In this document: piece after piece, positions 27,781 through 38,809 of the stretch | How the letters are laid out: each line of letters begins with the position of its first letter | How positions within the stretch are numbered: the stretch's first letter is position 1 | Assembly: GCA_051294905.1 (NCBI GenBank) | Contig: CM119386.1 | Span: 9,176,001 to 9,240,000, forward strand | Source of the DNA: Botryllus schlosseri | Taxonomy: Eukaryota | Direction of reading: 5' to 3' | Length of the DNA stretch: 64,000 bases | The notes under the pieces: model-generated | What the model saw: the letters and a program-made list of their open reading frames with translations, nothing else | The model's database searches: none | What the model was told of the DNA's origin: nothing | Translations under genes and position numbers: made by a program

Positions 27781-28924
27781 CAGTGGTTCCCAACGTGGGC
27801 GATATCGCCCCCCAGGGGGCGATTTGTCGGTCCAGGGGGGTGAAAATAGCCAAGGGGGCGATAGGGGGGCGAAAATGGACGAAGGGGGCGATAGGGGGGC
27901 GATGGCGCATTGAAAGGCTTTATTGGCGTTCATGACCGTAACTGCCACACCCAACCCCCAATTGGGATGGGGGGCCCGAGCTCGAAGGGGGCTCATAATT
28001 TTTTCGTGAATTAATATTAATTATAGAGTAATATTTTAGAAATTTAGGCAAATTTTTCAAAAAATTCTCGCGCTGCGTGCCATTTCCTGGTCGCTTATTT
28101 CTTGCTTATTGGATACCCTTCCTTCAAGAAATAATACGCATGAGTTATAGAAATGGGCATCTCGGCGTCAGCCATTATCACACTATGACGCACCTAGACA
28201 TATGAAGTTTCAGGCCATGTAACATGCGACTCCGAGAAGAGTGCCAGGACGAGAAAACCTTGGCGGAAACGGACTGCTTTTAGGCTGACCGACTTCGATA
28301 TATATACGATATACAATATACATATATATTTAATCACCCATAGGCGCCTAAATGGCTGGCGCCCAACGTTCCTGTCCTGGCAATCAGAATCCCACAAAAA
28401 AATGCCATCTTGCAGAGAAAAATTAATTGCCAGTGCAAAAATACCAATGTTCCTGTCCTGGCAATCAGAATCCCACAAAAAAAAAGCCATCTTGCAGAGA
28501 AAATTAATTGCCAGTGCAGAAATACCAATTAAACTAACAAACAAACTAAAGAGTTCAACAATTTGTGCTAAGAAGTAGCGGTAAAGAGGTATCGGGGGAG
28601 TTGGGTCTGAGGGGTGCAGAAGTTTGCTTTATCCCCCTATGGAGGGGGGGGTCAAGACCAACGCATTGGCGGGGGGTGACGAAGTTCTGTTACGATCCTT
28701 TTGGAATCAAGTTGGAGAAACCACCTTTTAGTTAGCGAACTCACCAACATTTAGCTGGAAAAGTGTAATTTCGAGGTCGAGCCGAAAAGTTGACCTTTTT
28801 TCTAATTCAAATCGCCGGTGATTTCAGTAAGTATGCCCATTTTTCGGTTCCCAATATTTGGGGGGCGATGATCGGTGTGGAGTTTGAAAAGGGGGCGATG
28901 AGTCGAAAAGGTTGGGAACCACTG
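27781..28924. mobile_element. Non-autonomous hAT (Charlie-type), 1144 bp
   Basis: Perfect 14-bp TIR CAGTGGTTCCCAAC, perfect TSD GTTTAGAT, subterminal GGGGGCGAT repeats at both ends. Confidence 0.95.
28368..28529 (+). repeat. Two copies of an 81-bp tandem unit inside the hAT element
   Basis: gttcctgtcctggcaatcagaatcccac...ataccaat at 28368 and 28449. Confidence 0.9.
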
Positions 28925-31900
28925 GTTTAGATCGAAGCCTGCTTCTGTTTGGTATACAAGTCTCGTAGAGTTCATATGCAAATCATTCTCCCCTGGGCCA
29001 TTCAACATGAACAATATTGATACTCATCCGCCCTACTTGCGATATCAAAGCGCCAGGTAGTTGAAGACAATAAGCTACAATTACACGAATGTTTCAAACG
29101 CTTTATAAAAGCGATTAGCTCCTTTCTCCGATAGCCATCATAGTGTGGGAAAAGGCACAGCTATGCTGGCTTGCTGGCTAGTCTAATCAGCGTCTTGTCC
29201 CAATGTTACGTAAATGGAGGCTACCCGTCAGCCTCTAACATTGTGTAAAGATTGTACAGTACACCTGTGTATGTAGCAATGTGATCATTTGTAATATTGT
29301 AACTGGGAGAAAACCCTGGTCTGCAGCATGTTACAACTTGTATCCGTGTCTAATGACATTTATTGTGGCCCCTGTCGCTTCTTCAGTCGCACTGGTATTT
29401 GTTTGCCACACGCAGCAAACACGGCCATCGTGGTTAATGTCAGGATAATCGCCGTATTTGCGATCTCGATTTTGAGTGCCCGTGACGTATGTACGGTTAC
29501 TGGTAATTATTACGAGTACATCCTTGTGGAATTAAGCTAATTAGCGGAACAGAAGACAACTAGACGGCCGAGAAATAAGCTCTTGCACGCAAGTACCATT
29601 TCGTGTGCTAACCAGGCTACGCCGCGACACTTAATCGCGGTTGGCTCAGCTATTTCTTATGCGCGTAATTGATTTGATTACGAAATTTCTGCGAAATTAT
29701 GTTATTTTGATGGGGATGTCGCTGTTCTTTCATCGTTGTGGTTTTCTTTTGTGTAGTCCCGCGTTCTCACCCGTGGGCGAATTAAAAAGGGGGTAAGTGG
29801 GTTCTTGAGGTCTTCATTCCTTTCGAGTTAGTTTATTCACGTTCCACCTGAAATGTATACTCTTCATTTTTTCTGCACTTCAAAATAATCAAGGTACGCT
29901 ATTTCGACAAACAAATTTTGGATGCCGACCTTTGTGAACCCTGCCGATGACGCACATTCGTGGCGGTGACTTCCCAACCCCTCGCGAACGATATGTTTGT
30001 CGGTACTTTCTAGCGCATGCGCGTTGAGTCGGTGCATATTTCAATGCGCTCTCAGCTGACCATCGTCTTGGAAATGACGAGATTGATTTTTCGCATTGAA
30101 ACGTTGCGTCATTAAATCATTATTCGTTTCGACTATTGTGTTCTTAATCTCCGGATTGTACGAATACCGCAAGGTTTGCGGCACTTATCAATTTTGCTGT
30201 AATAACATCCCCATTAAGCTATAAATTTTTCTCTGGAACGTAGTAGTCACACGGACGCTGTCTCAGCCTATGAATTTTTTCACGTATTGACAAAAAGCTG
30301 ATAAAACCATACAATATCGCGGTCGTGAGTAATTTTCGCAGCTATAGGTTTCGGTGTTGCTAAGCTACTAACTGGGCTGGACTGTGTCAACGATTATCCG
30401 CGCGCGCCAGTCTATGTAGCATGAAAAATCGGTTCGCTTTTCCGTGAAACCTACGTCACAGCGCTATGACAAGCTCGCCGCGCTGCGTTGCCTAAGGAAA
30501 TGTAACTTCGTGTCAGACCAAGTCAGCGCGCGCCTTCGCGGTATGACAAAATTGATTTATTTGGTTGTCACTGGATTGCATTAGGACGCTTGCGATACTC
30601 GCAACTTGCGTAGGACTACATAAACGTAAGATTTCTAGCGTGCGGCGCTGGTGTTGAATTGTCGAAATTTTCGTTTGGCTCTTTTTGCACTCCGAGGATG
30701 TCTTGACGCCGTGACTTTGCGGTATTCTGTTTATCTTGTCGTGTAGAGAAAGGCTGTCCAGATCTTGTTAGTTTCGACACAGATATACGCTGCTGCTTGT
30801 GTATGAGGAGTTTGTGGTCATAAAACACCTTAATTTAGCAACACCTTAATTTAGCCTAATAATGTCTGCGGATTCTCTTCTCTCATTCGGCCCCATAGGT
30901 GACATTGGGCATTGTTTGCCGTTATGGACATGATAAGTGTATTTGGAAAATGCGGTTTACGTGAACTACGTGCCTGAAACGGAATTGATCAGCAGTACGA
31001 TATTTTGACCAATGTCCGCATTATTCCCAGACTTTTTTTCTGCTCGGCAGAGTGAGGTTGCAATCAGTGACGATCGCGTGTAGTTTCAAACAATGCAGGC
31101 TGTTATTAGCGCATTTTCAAATTTTCCTTTGTCAATTGACATTTGCACCAAACCTAAAATTTGGAATTCCATCTCCGGCTGTTACGTTACGCTGCCGAGG
31201 TATTACTTGCGATGTCGCTTCGAGTATGATTGGGCATTATTACAATATATTTCGATATGCTAATAATTCAAATTAGCCGCCTTAATAAGTTTCGAGTGTC
31301 GGGGACGCAGTGGCGAGATATTTCCTGCGCGCTATAATGTGTTTTCGAGCACGTCGTTTATGTTAGGAATGCGGACGATTCGAAATTCCTGTGCCAGCGC
31401 CGATTCCGGCAGTTACAGGCGTTAACCCGTAATCAGATTTCGGCGTAGTTTGCGCGGTGATCGTCTATTTTGAAGTTGAATTTCACTATTTGTGGCAATG
31501 ACTTCTGTTTCGACAAGCTGGTTTCGCGATGAACGGTTGGGAAATTTTCATTGCAAGTAATCCGACTTTCCATGCAGTCTCTGGTTCTGTGAAATTCGCA
31601 AACTTCAACTGCCACACAATGCGCTCGGTCCGGTCAACAAGTTGTCACTATGCGGTCTTTCGTTTCCGTAACTACCCGATGCCATGTGAATTTTAATACG
31701 AAAGTCCACTTGGCTGTGTTTCTTCGCGCTAGTGTTAGAATCATCATTGGTTGATTAGCAATTTAGAATTAGAATCGGGTCCCTTGGTGACTACTTTACA
31801 CCAGAATGAAGTTGGACGATGTTTTCACTTCTCTAGTAACTGCTGACGATTACTTCTGACGAATGCCAGCCGAAAATGTTCGAGACTATTTCAATACGAA

Positions 31901-32261
31901 TATTTTATTCAATTGTATAATGAAGACTCTTGAGCTACAAACTTGGAGTGTGGTTTTCATTACGTACCTCTGTTGGTTTTCAGTTGCTGATAATTAGTAC
32001 AGTTTCAATGTCGATCACCTGCCGAATTCCGATCCGCTGAGAAGCAGTAGTACTGTGTGAGCGTCTGTAGTGCGATATCGCGTTAGTATATCTTGCAGCA
32101 GGCCCAGGTATTTGCTTAGCATCTGCACTACACTGAACGCTTCCTACGTCGCCATCGCTCTTCCTCGCTTTGTCTCGCTCTCTCTGTTGTCTCGCGGCGC
32201 TCACTTTTGACCGCGTCCCGTCTCTTGCCTTTCTCCGCTCGTCCCGAGCGAGAGACTGTTA

Positions 32262-32269
32262 TGACGTCA
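32262..32269. promoter_or_regulatory. Canonical CRE (TGACGTCA) in the candidate intronic promoter of the alternative PDE4 exon
   Basis: Perfect palindrome 437 bp upstream of ATG 32706, next to a CT-rich, CpG-rich tract (about 32150-32250). Function is inferred. Confidence 0.4.
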
Positions 32270-32705
32270 ATGGCTCGATCCTTTTCCGGGTGTATAGCCA
32301 GCTATATGATTACAGCCAGGCCAAGCGACACTTTCATATGCTTAGCGCTCTCGCAAGCGATGGCCGTGTTTTGTGCTAAGGCAGTTAGTGGATATAATAG
32401 GTTTGAATTAGTTTATGGAGGAAACGGAATAATATATTCGTATTGAAAGAACGGCTAACACTCTTCAGGAATAATCTCTACTGGTTGCTGATGAAAATAT
32501 TCGGGTTTATTTCGAAAAGAATATATTATTAAATTGTATTATGAAGTACTGTACCCTTTAAGAGTCTCTTTATCAAGGCGGTACGGTTGATTTAATCAGG
32601 GTTGTATTCCGTTTGAGATACTTTGTCGAGGCAGTGCAGCGGATTTAATCCTACCTCCTTTGCGATTTGGTAGATATTTTCAACGAGTTAAATGTTAGCT
32701 AAGTC

Positions 32706-33345
32706 ATGCAATTTTGCGACATGGTGATAAAATATTTCGCGAGCCTGAAGCGATCGGATACGGACGACCGTTACTTGACGACGGAAGAGTGGGATCGTAT
32801 ATCTCGCGGGAAAACCGCCAAGGACGCGTACCCGGTGCCGGGCAGCTCTAAACGGCCGCGATCCGCGCACAGCTCGAAAAAATCAAAGTCCTCTATGGCT
32901 GTGTGTGTAGCCGGCAGGCGGCATAGTGAACAGTTTACGGCGGCTGCGCTGAAAAGGCGCGTGTCGCAATCCAGAAACTTATCCGCCAGCACGCAGCACA
33001 GGCGGTCGTCGCTACCCACGTCAACGGCGGACGATATTATAAATAACAACGTCTCGTGCTCCAACGGCACGGCCGCTATTTCGCAACAGGACTTGATAGC
33101 GAAGGCGGCGGAATATCACGCGAACAGGATATGCGCACATATATCGGCCATAGCGTCGGCGCTTGACAAAGACACGTACTTTGCCGGGGACAGTATCAAC
33201 GCGTCTTGGAACGCTAAAACGCGGTCGTTTACAGTGCAGTTTTTGAAAGACCCGCGCGCAAACGGGAAAGCGGCGCCCGTACTGGAGGGATGTAAAAACG
33301 GATGTGTTAAGCACTGTTACTGCTACGAACCGAACAATTTACCTA
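32706..33345 (+). CDS. PDE4: Candidate alternative first coding exon of PDE4 (213 codons, phase 1)
   Basis: Long ORF 32706-33494 with in-frame TAA at 32700 just upstream of the ATG; donor CCTA|gtacgt after 33345 gives phase 1, in frame with the 33675 exon; coding-like GC-rich sequence that turns AT-rich after the donor. Confidence 0.68.
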
Positions 33346-33674
33346 GTACGTACACATTTCTTAGAAATTACGCTGCTAATCTACACAGAAGCCGGACTTT
33401 GAGCGCGTTGTCACTAATATTGAATATGTCACAATTTCGAAAATTGAACTCACTTCGGGGTATGCACATGATTTCGAATAAAACGGTAGAGTAGCTGTTT
33501 CTAGACAAAATTGGTTGCTTATTATCTGATAACGGACATCTCCGGAAGCGTCGGGATAGAAATTTAGAATGTTACATCATAATCCGCCCGTAACTCTACA
33601 CTCCAATTTTCCGCGATCCGCGATAAAGCTGTATGTTCATCGGGCGGTGTGGTATAAACCTCTGTTATTTCCAG

Positions 33675-33818
33675 ATCACCATCAAGATGACATGATGAGC
33701 GCTGCCGACGAGCAGAAGCGTTCGTCCTCGCCTAACCACGCGGCCGTGTCGACGCAAAAGCCGAACAAGGACGGATACGTCGTGAAGCCCGAGAGCAGAG
33801 TGATGGGTAACGTAACGG
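33675..33818 (+). CDS. PDE4: PDE4 exon, linker region LR2, part 1 (144 bp, phase 1-1)
   Basis: ttatttccag|AT CAC...ACG G|gtgagt; (D)HHQDDMMSAADEQK...SRVMGNVT(G), end aligns with PDE4 RPMSQISG; frame-compatible with 4857-4950. Confidence 0.85.
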
Positions 33819-33879
33819 GTGAGTTTACTTTGTCATTTGGTTCCGGGCAGACGTGGAATATTGTGAATATATTTGACAG

Positions 33880-33977
33880 GCATCAAAGCGTCGAAGCATA
33901 TCAGAGACGCGGTGAGGAATTTGAAAACGGTTCCCACGTTTGGCGTCACTGTCAGCAACGAAGCCGTGCTGGCCGAG
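33880..33977 (+). CDS. PDE4: PDE4 exon, LR2 part 2 (98 bp)
   Basis: atttgacag|GC ATC...GCC GAG|gtatgt; GIKASKHIRDAVRNLKTVPTFGVTVSNEAVLAE aligns with PDE4 GVKK...IPRFGVKTEQEDVLAK. Confidence 0.92.
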
Positions 33978-34222
33978 GTATGTTTGCGTCTGTTTGATTT
34001 ACGTTATGTATCTCTGTTTTCCTGTTGTTGCACTTTACGTTAGTGCGTGGTTTAATACTTTTAAAACAAAACATTGTTGTTGGTTCGGGGTCAATATGTG
34101 GGAAAAGCTTTATCTCGGCGGCACATGTTTGCTTTGAGATCGGTTCGTGTTTGTACCGGGGATTGTTGATCCTTAGCTTGCGTGTGTCGGAATTGAAAGT
34201 AATTCGTCGCGTTTTATTGCAG

Positions 34223-34324
34223 GAACTCAAGGATATTGACCAGTGGGGCGGCGTGAATCTGTTCAAAGTAGCTGACATCAGCAACGGAAGGCCTTTGGTC
34301 TCTGTGCTGTATCAAATAATGAAA
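34223..34324 (+). CDS. PDE4: PDE4 catalytic domain exon (102 bp)
   Basis: ttattgcag|GAA...ATG AAA|gtaagt; ELKDIDQWGGVNLFKVADISNGRPLVSVLYQIMK. Confidence 0.95.
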
Positions 34325-34550
34325 GTAAGTGTCGGATCATAATTATCGGTCACGTGCTACATGTTCATTATTCATTCTTTCCCTACAACTATGCGCTCCG
34401 TCCTTTATGCATATTTTCATACGAATTATATTTTATTGCCCTTAGCCCTTGTATACAGCGCACAAGAATGATGTATTGTTATATTTGGCGGTCTATAACT
34501 TAATTTTATGTTATCATTATTTGCGATAACCGGGATGTATTGACTCCTAG

Positions 34551-34712
34551 AAACGGGATTTCTTCAACCAGTACCAAATCTCCGCCCAAAAATGTCTCGC
34601 CTATGCCATGACGCTGGAGGACCATTACCGGCACGTGCCCTACCACAACAGCATCCACGCCGCGGACGTGCTACAGTCTGTCCACGTCCTGCTGTCGTCT
34701 GCCGCGCTGGAT
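34551..34712 (+). CDS. PDE4: PDE4 catalytic exon with YHNxxH motif (162 bp)
   Basis: ctcctag|AAA CGG...CTG GAT|gtaagt; KRDFFNQYQISAQKCLAYAMTLEDHYRHVPYHNSIHAADVLQSVHVLLSSAALD. Confidence 0.97.
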
Positions 34713-34880
34713 GTAAGTTATTTTCTTTGTTGATTGCTATCGATCTATCGATTGGTCGTTCTGATACGTGCCGGGACATATCACGATTGTGAACCGCAAT
34801 TGCTGTGACATGAGTAGATAGCTGTTGCGTCATGCGTCTCGCGTACTCGTGCCTAACCGCCTCTGATGTGTTTTTGACAG

Positions 34881-34980
34881 AACGTGTTTACTGACATCGA
34901 GATCTTGGCGGCACTTTTTGCAAGCGCTATGCACGACGTTGACCACCCGGGTCTCAACAACCAGTTTCATTGTGCTATAA
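34881..34980 (+). CDS. PDE4: PDE4 catalytic exon with HDxDHPG signature (100 bp)
   Basis: tttttgacag|AAC GTG...ATA A|gtaagt; [33 protein letters not shown]. Confidence 0.97.
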
Positions 34981-35124
34981 GTAAGTTTGTTCGGTGATCA
35001 TTTATTAGTCGCGTTATGTGAGCTTTGACCTTCATCTCGGTTTTTACTGATCCTGTTGGGTTTGGAATTGCGAATCCGCTGATAAATCAGTTGACGTGGT
35101 CGAGGTAACATCGTAAATCTGTAC

Positions 35125-35305
35125 TCAATTACAAGTAAGAAGTAGAGAATTCCTATTGTAAGGGAAATTGTAAGTAGTCAAGGTCTGTTTTCGTCCTAAC
35201 ACGGAAAACTGTCGAGTAGAAGTAGCATTAGCGTCGTCTATTTGTACTTAACTGCAAGTAGAAGTAGATATTTTCAAGCAGTAATTAAAAGATCAAGTAT
35301 TCAAG
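35125..35305 (+). repeat. AAGTAG-rich degenerate repeat, probably MITE-derived; similar tracts at about 13652-13795, 20950-21045, 36100-36510 and 37130-37196
   Basis: Clusters of CAAGTA/GAAGTAG/CGAGTAGAAGTA motifs; termini and TSDs not resolvable. Confidence 0.55.
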
Positions 35306-35630
35306 GGTGGAAAAATAAGAATTAGTTCGTTACCAACCGCATCTGCAAACCAGTGCTGTCTGTGACACGAAACCGTGGATCTGGACTGGTATCTAGATAG
35401 AGTTGCGTCTGCCGCGAAGTCTGCCTATCCGTGTAAATTGCGGCAGATTCTATTTTGCGACGTTATGTAACGGTCTGTCATGAATAATTGATGCACAAGC
35501 GTGTAAATCCCGCAACTTAGCGCTGAGTAGTATTTCGTGACGGCCGTCATGATTCAACGAAAAGCACCGCGTTCAGACTTGTTTTGCTTCGTTTCCTGGC
35601 CATTACATTCACAGCCGCCTTTGCTTTCAG

Positions 35631-35785
35631 GGAGCGAACTAGCAATCATGTACAACGACGAATCAGTGCTCGAGAACCACCATCTCGCCGTCGGCTTCAA
35701 GCTGATGCAGCTGCCCGACTGCGACCTGTTCGAGAACCTGACCAAAAAGCAATGGCAGAGCTTCAGGAAGACTGTCATCGACATG
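35631..35785 (+). CDS. PDE4: PDE4 catalytic exon (155 bp)
   Basis: gctttcag|GG AGC...GAC ATG|gtgaga; (R)[51 protein letters not shown]. Confidence 0.97.
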
Positions 35786-36541
35786 GTGAGATTGCTGAGA
35801 TAGCCTTCGGGGCCGTCGCGGTCCGATGGTCTTTTGACGTCAATCGGTATCTTCATGGGATTTTCGAGCTGCCTTTGCGGCGCGCGGCATCGCGATAATC
35901 CCGGCCGTACGCAAATTAGATGATATTTAGATTGTTTTCCGAGTGCGCTGGGGATTTATCTTTTAAATAATGATGCACGCGCCGGTAATCTGTTTATCGG
36001 GTTTGCCGACGCGGAATCAATACTACCGGACGGGTTGAAATAGGTACGCTCGAGAATATCTTTCGCGGTTCAAACGGGTTCGTTTCGCCTTCCAAACTCA
36101 AATAGTCAAAGTAGCCGAGTAGAAGTAATGTCAATTCCTATTCGAATATATGTATCGATTTCCACGACATTCCCAAATTGCTTCAATTAGAAGTAGGAAT
36201 GAAAGGACTGGCAAGTAATCAAGTGAGCACGTGGTCGCGTCATTCGTTAGGAAATCGAAAACGAATGCTTTCGAAAATGCAAGCTGTAACTACTGCGAGC
36301 GATTTTCGAAAATATGTTCTGCTAAGACGATGCAGTGGCTATTTCGACCAGTTGGCAGTTGCTATGATAATTCCGCTCGCGAAAGTGATAAAATCCAATC
36401 CTGAAGCTATTTTCTACTAACAATATCACAAGTCTAACTTGTGAAGTAGAAGTGAAAACGGTCTAAAAACAGTCACTTAAGGCAAGTAATCCTCGAAAAA
36501 CGTAGTTAAGTACTTTTTTACTGACCGCCTCTTGTTTCCAG

Positions 36542-36847
36542 GTCCTCGCGACGGACATGTCGAAGCACATGCAGCTGCTGGCCAACCTGAAGACCATGGT
36601 CGAGACGAAGAAGGTGGCCACGTCCGGCGTGCTCATGCTGGACAACTACACGGACCGCATCCAGGTGCTGCAGAATATGATCCACTGCGCCGACCTCAGC
36701 AACCCCACCAAGCCGCTCGACTTGTACCGCGGCTGGAATCAGCGCGTGATGAACGAGTACTGGCTTCAAGGCGATGTGGAACGCGAACGCGGCATCGAGA
36801 TAAGCCCGATGTGCGACAGACACACGGCTTCAGTTGAAAGATCTCAG
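36542..36847 (+). CDS. PDE4: PDE4 catalytic exon (306 bp, equal to two vertebrate exons fused)
   Basis: tgtttccag|GTC CTC...TCT CAG|gtgtgt; VLATDMSKH...[39 protein letters not shown]...[16 protein letters not shown]. Confidence 0.97.
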
Positions 36848-36949
36848 GTGTGTGTTGATGACTTTATATTCCGGCGTGTGACGACGCTTTGGATTTGAGT
36901 CTTTTGAGTTTTGATCGACTCGGAGGTAATGTGAGTTTATTGCTTGCAG

Positions 36950-37080
36950 GTTATTTTCATCGATTATATTGCCTACCCGTTGTGGGAGACTTGGGCCGAC
37001 CTTGTGAACCCGTGCGCGCAGGACATTGTCGAACAACTCGTGCAGAACAGAGAATGGTACAGTCTGCAACTACCTGACAG
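36950..37080 (+). CDS. PDE4: PDE4 catalytic domain C-terminal exon (131 bp)
   Basis: tgcttgcag|GTT ATT...GAC AG|gtacgt; [43 protein letters not shown](S). Confidence 0.96.
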
Positions 37081-37395
37081 GTACGTATCAATACTAGTGC
37101 GAGGATTGAGTGAAAAAAACTGAAAACTAAAATAGAAGTAGGCTGAACTTAGTTTAGTGGTCCGAAAAAGTAGAAGTACTTCGTTACCGACCACTTCGGG
37201 TTCGAGAACTCGAATCATTGTAACCAGCCGCACCTGGTCGTGACGTATTTGAGATATGTGTGGTCACGGTTTCCTAAATTTTGGATTCGAAGTAGTTGCC
37301 CAGACGCTTTTGAATCAAAGACATTACGAGTAAACTTGATACAACCAAATACTTCAATGTTCGATCATCCGTGACGCTGTTCCTTCGCTTTGCAG

Positions 37396-37606
37396 CCCGT
37401 CGCCGGTGCCCGAAGACGTCAACGACAGCGACACGCCTGAGGCTAGCCCCGAGTCCAACCTCACCCCGCAGCCGCGCGACCCTGACTCCAAGTTCCAGTT
37501 TCCCATGGACGAGGAGGCGCCAGATCGCGGTGCAGTGCCGAGCATCACCACCGAGGACACGGACCACGGCCAGACCCAGGTCCGAGAAGCTGTGTCAGGA
37601 CGATGA
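37396..37606 (+). CDS. PDE4: PDE4 last coding exon with stop codon
   Basis: cgctttgcag|C CCG TCG...CGA TGA; (S)PSPVPEDVND...DSKFQFPMDEE...SGR*. The PDSP ERK-type site and FQF docking motif match the PDE4 C-terminus. Confidence 0.93.
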
Positions 37607-38803
37607 AAGGGGCCCTCGGATTTTTTTAAAGAGTTTGAAACGGAATTGGCCGAGGCGAACAGGGCCGCGGACTTGCAGGGAACTGGGCGCGGGGCGCGAA
37701 AGAGGCACCTCTGGTCGCGCCTGTGGGCGTATTCGTGATGTACTTTTCCGCCGCGGACTCTGTATATTTAAGCGACGGCGGAGCGAAAATCGCATCTATC
37801 TCGGGGTTGAAGATGTTCGCGCGTGTGCGTATCAATTTCCTTGACTTTGCACGTTACGTGTCGCCGCGGTGTTCGCTGAAAAAGCTCCGTTAATTCCCGA
37901 CGAGGGCCGGCGCGTGTCCGGCGTTATCTTTGGTTTTGTATACAGGTACGCGTCGTTGCTAATTTTGTATGGATCAACCTATTTTCGACTCGGAATCGCT
38001 CGGATAAAACTTGCGGCCCCGCGCGGGTGCGCGTGCGATCGTTACTTGACGACTGTACAATGAACACTGTTGATGTATTTTCGTTTGATGGCAATACTAT
38101 TCAGAGTGGGAGACTCGCCGTCTCCCGTTTTCGCGGTCGATGTCATTGTTCTAATATCTATTATATTATTAATATTAATATTATTATTATAACTATCGTA
38201 TTTGTCTACTATAATATCTCGTAAATCCCACTGTTTTCAAAGATTTTCGCGGACGTGTCGTGATTTTCCTTTTTCGTTGTTATTCCGTTTGCGTTCAGCT
38301 GAGATGTGTTTTTCCCCACCTAATGTCATACGCGGAGAGGTTGTGCCGGGTCGTGTTGCCGGGAGCGGCCCGCGGCTGTGTTGTCTACGATATAAAGCGA
38401 CTATTTCAGTTTCCTTTGCGTTTCTATTCTTTGTTATGCAGTTATTGACATGATCTTCATCGGAAATCGAATTTCAGCATCGAACGACTTTGTGTTGCGC
38501 GGTGGACAGGTCTTAGTAGTGTCTGGAGTTGGCGCAGGATAGTCACTTTTTTTACTTAGCCTTGTGGAGTAAGACGAACAGTGGCCAGGATCCGTGTTGT
38601 GGAAGAGCTCTGTTCATGTTCAAGAATCGCCGCGCGTATATTGCTGACGCGCAGTCCGCGCTTAGCTCCGATTGATATCTGAATGATGACAAGTGACACA
38701 TTGAGCTTTTATGCGACTTCTCAAGTTTACTAGAGGATAGCTACTGGTTATTAGCATCCGGAGACATCGCAAAGAAAAGGCGACTTTAATCGTCTATAAC
38801 TGA

Positions 38804-38809
38804 AATAAA
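38804..38809 (+). terminator. Possible PDE4 polyadenylation signal AATAAA
   Basis: First clear AATAAA I noticed after the stop codon, following an AU-rich stretch at about 38150-38215; no transcript support. Confidence 0.3.

Noticed and set aside
33346-33494. C-terminal part of the 262-aa ORF as coding
   Set aside because: Follows an in-frame-compatible donor and is AT-rich; most likely intron read-through.
36518-37844. Overlapping alternative-frame and antisense ORFs over the PDE4 exons
   Set aside because: Expected shadow ORFs of GC3-rich coding exons; no recognisable motifs.
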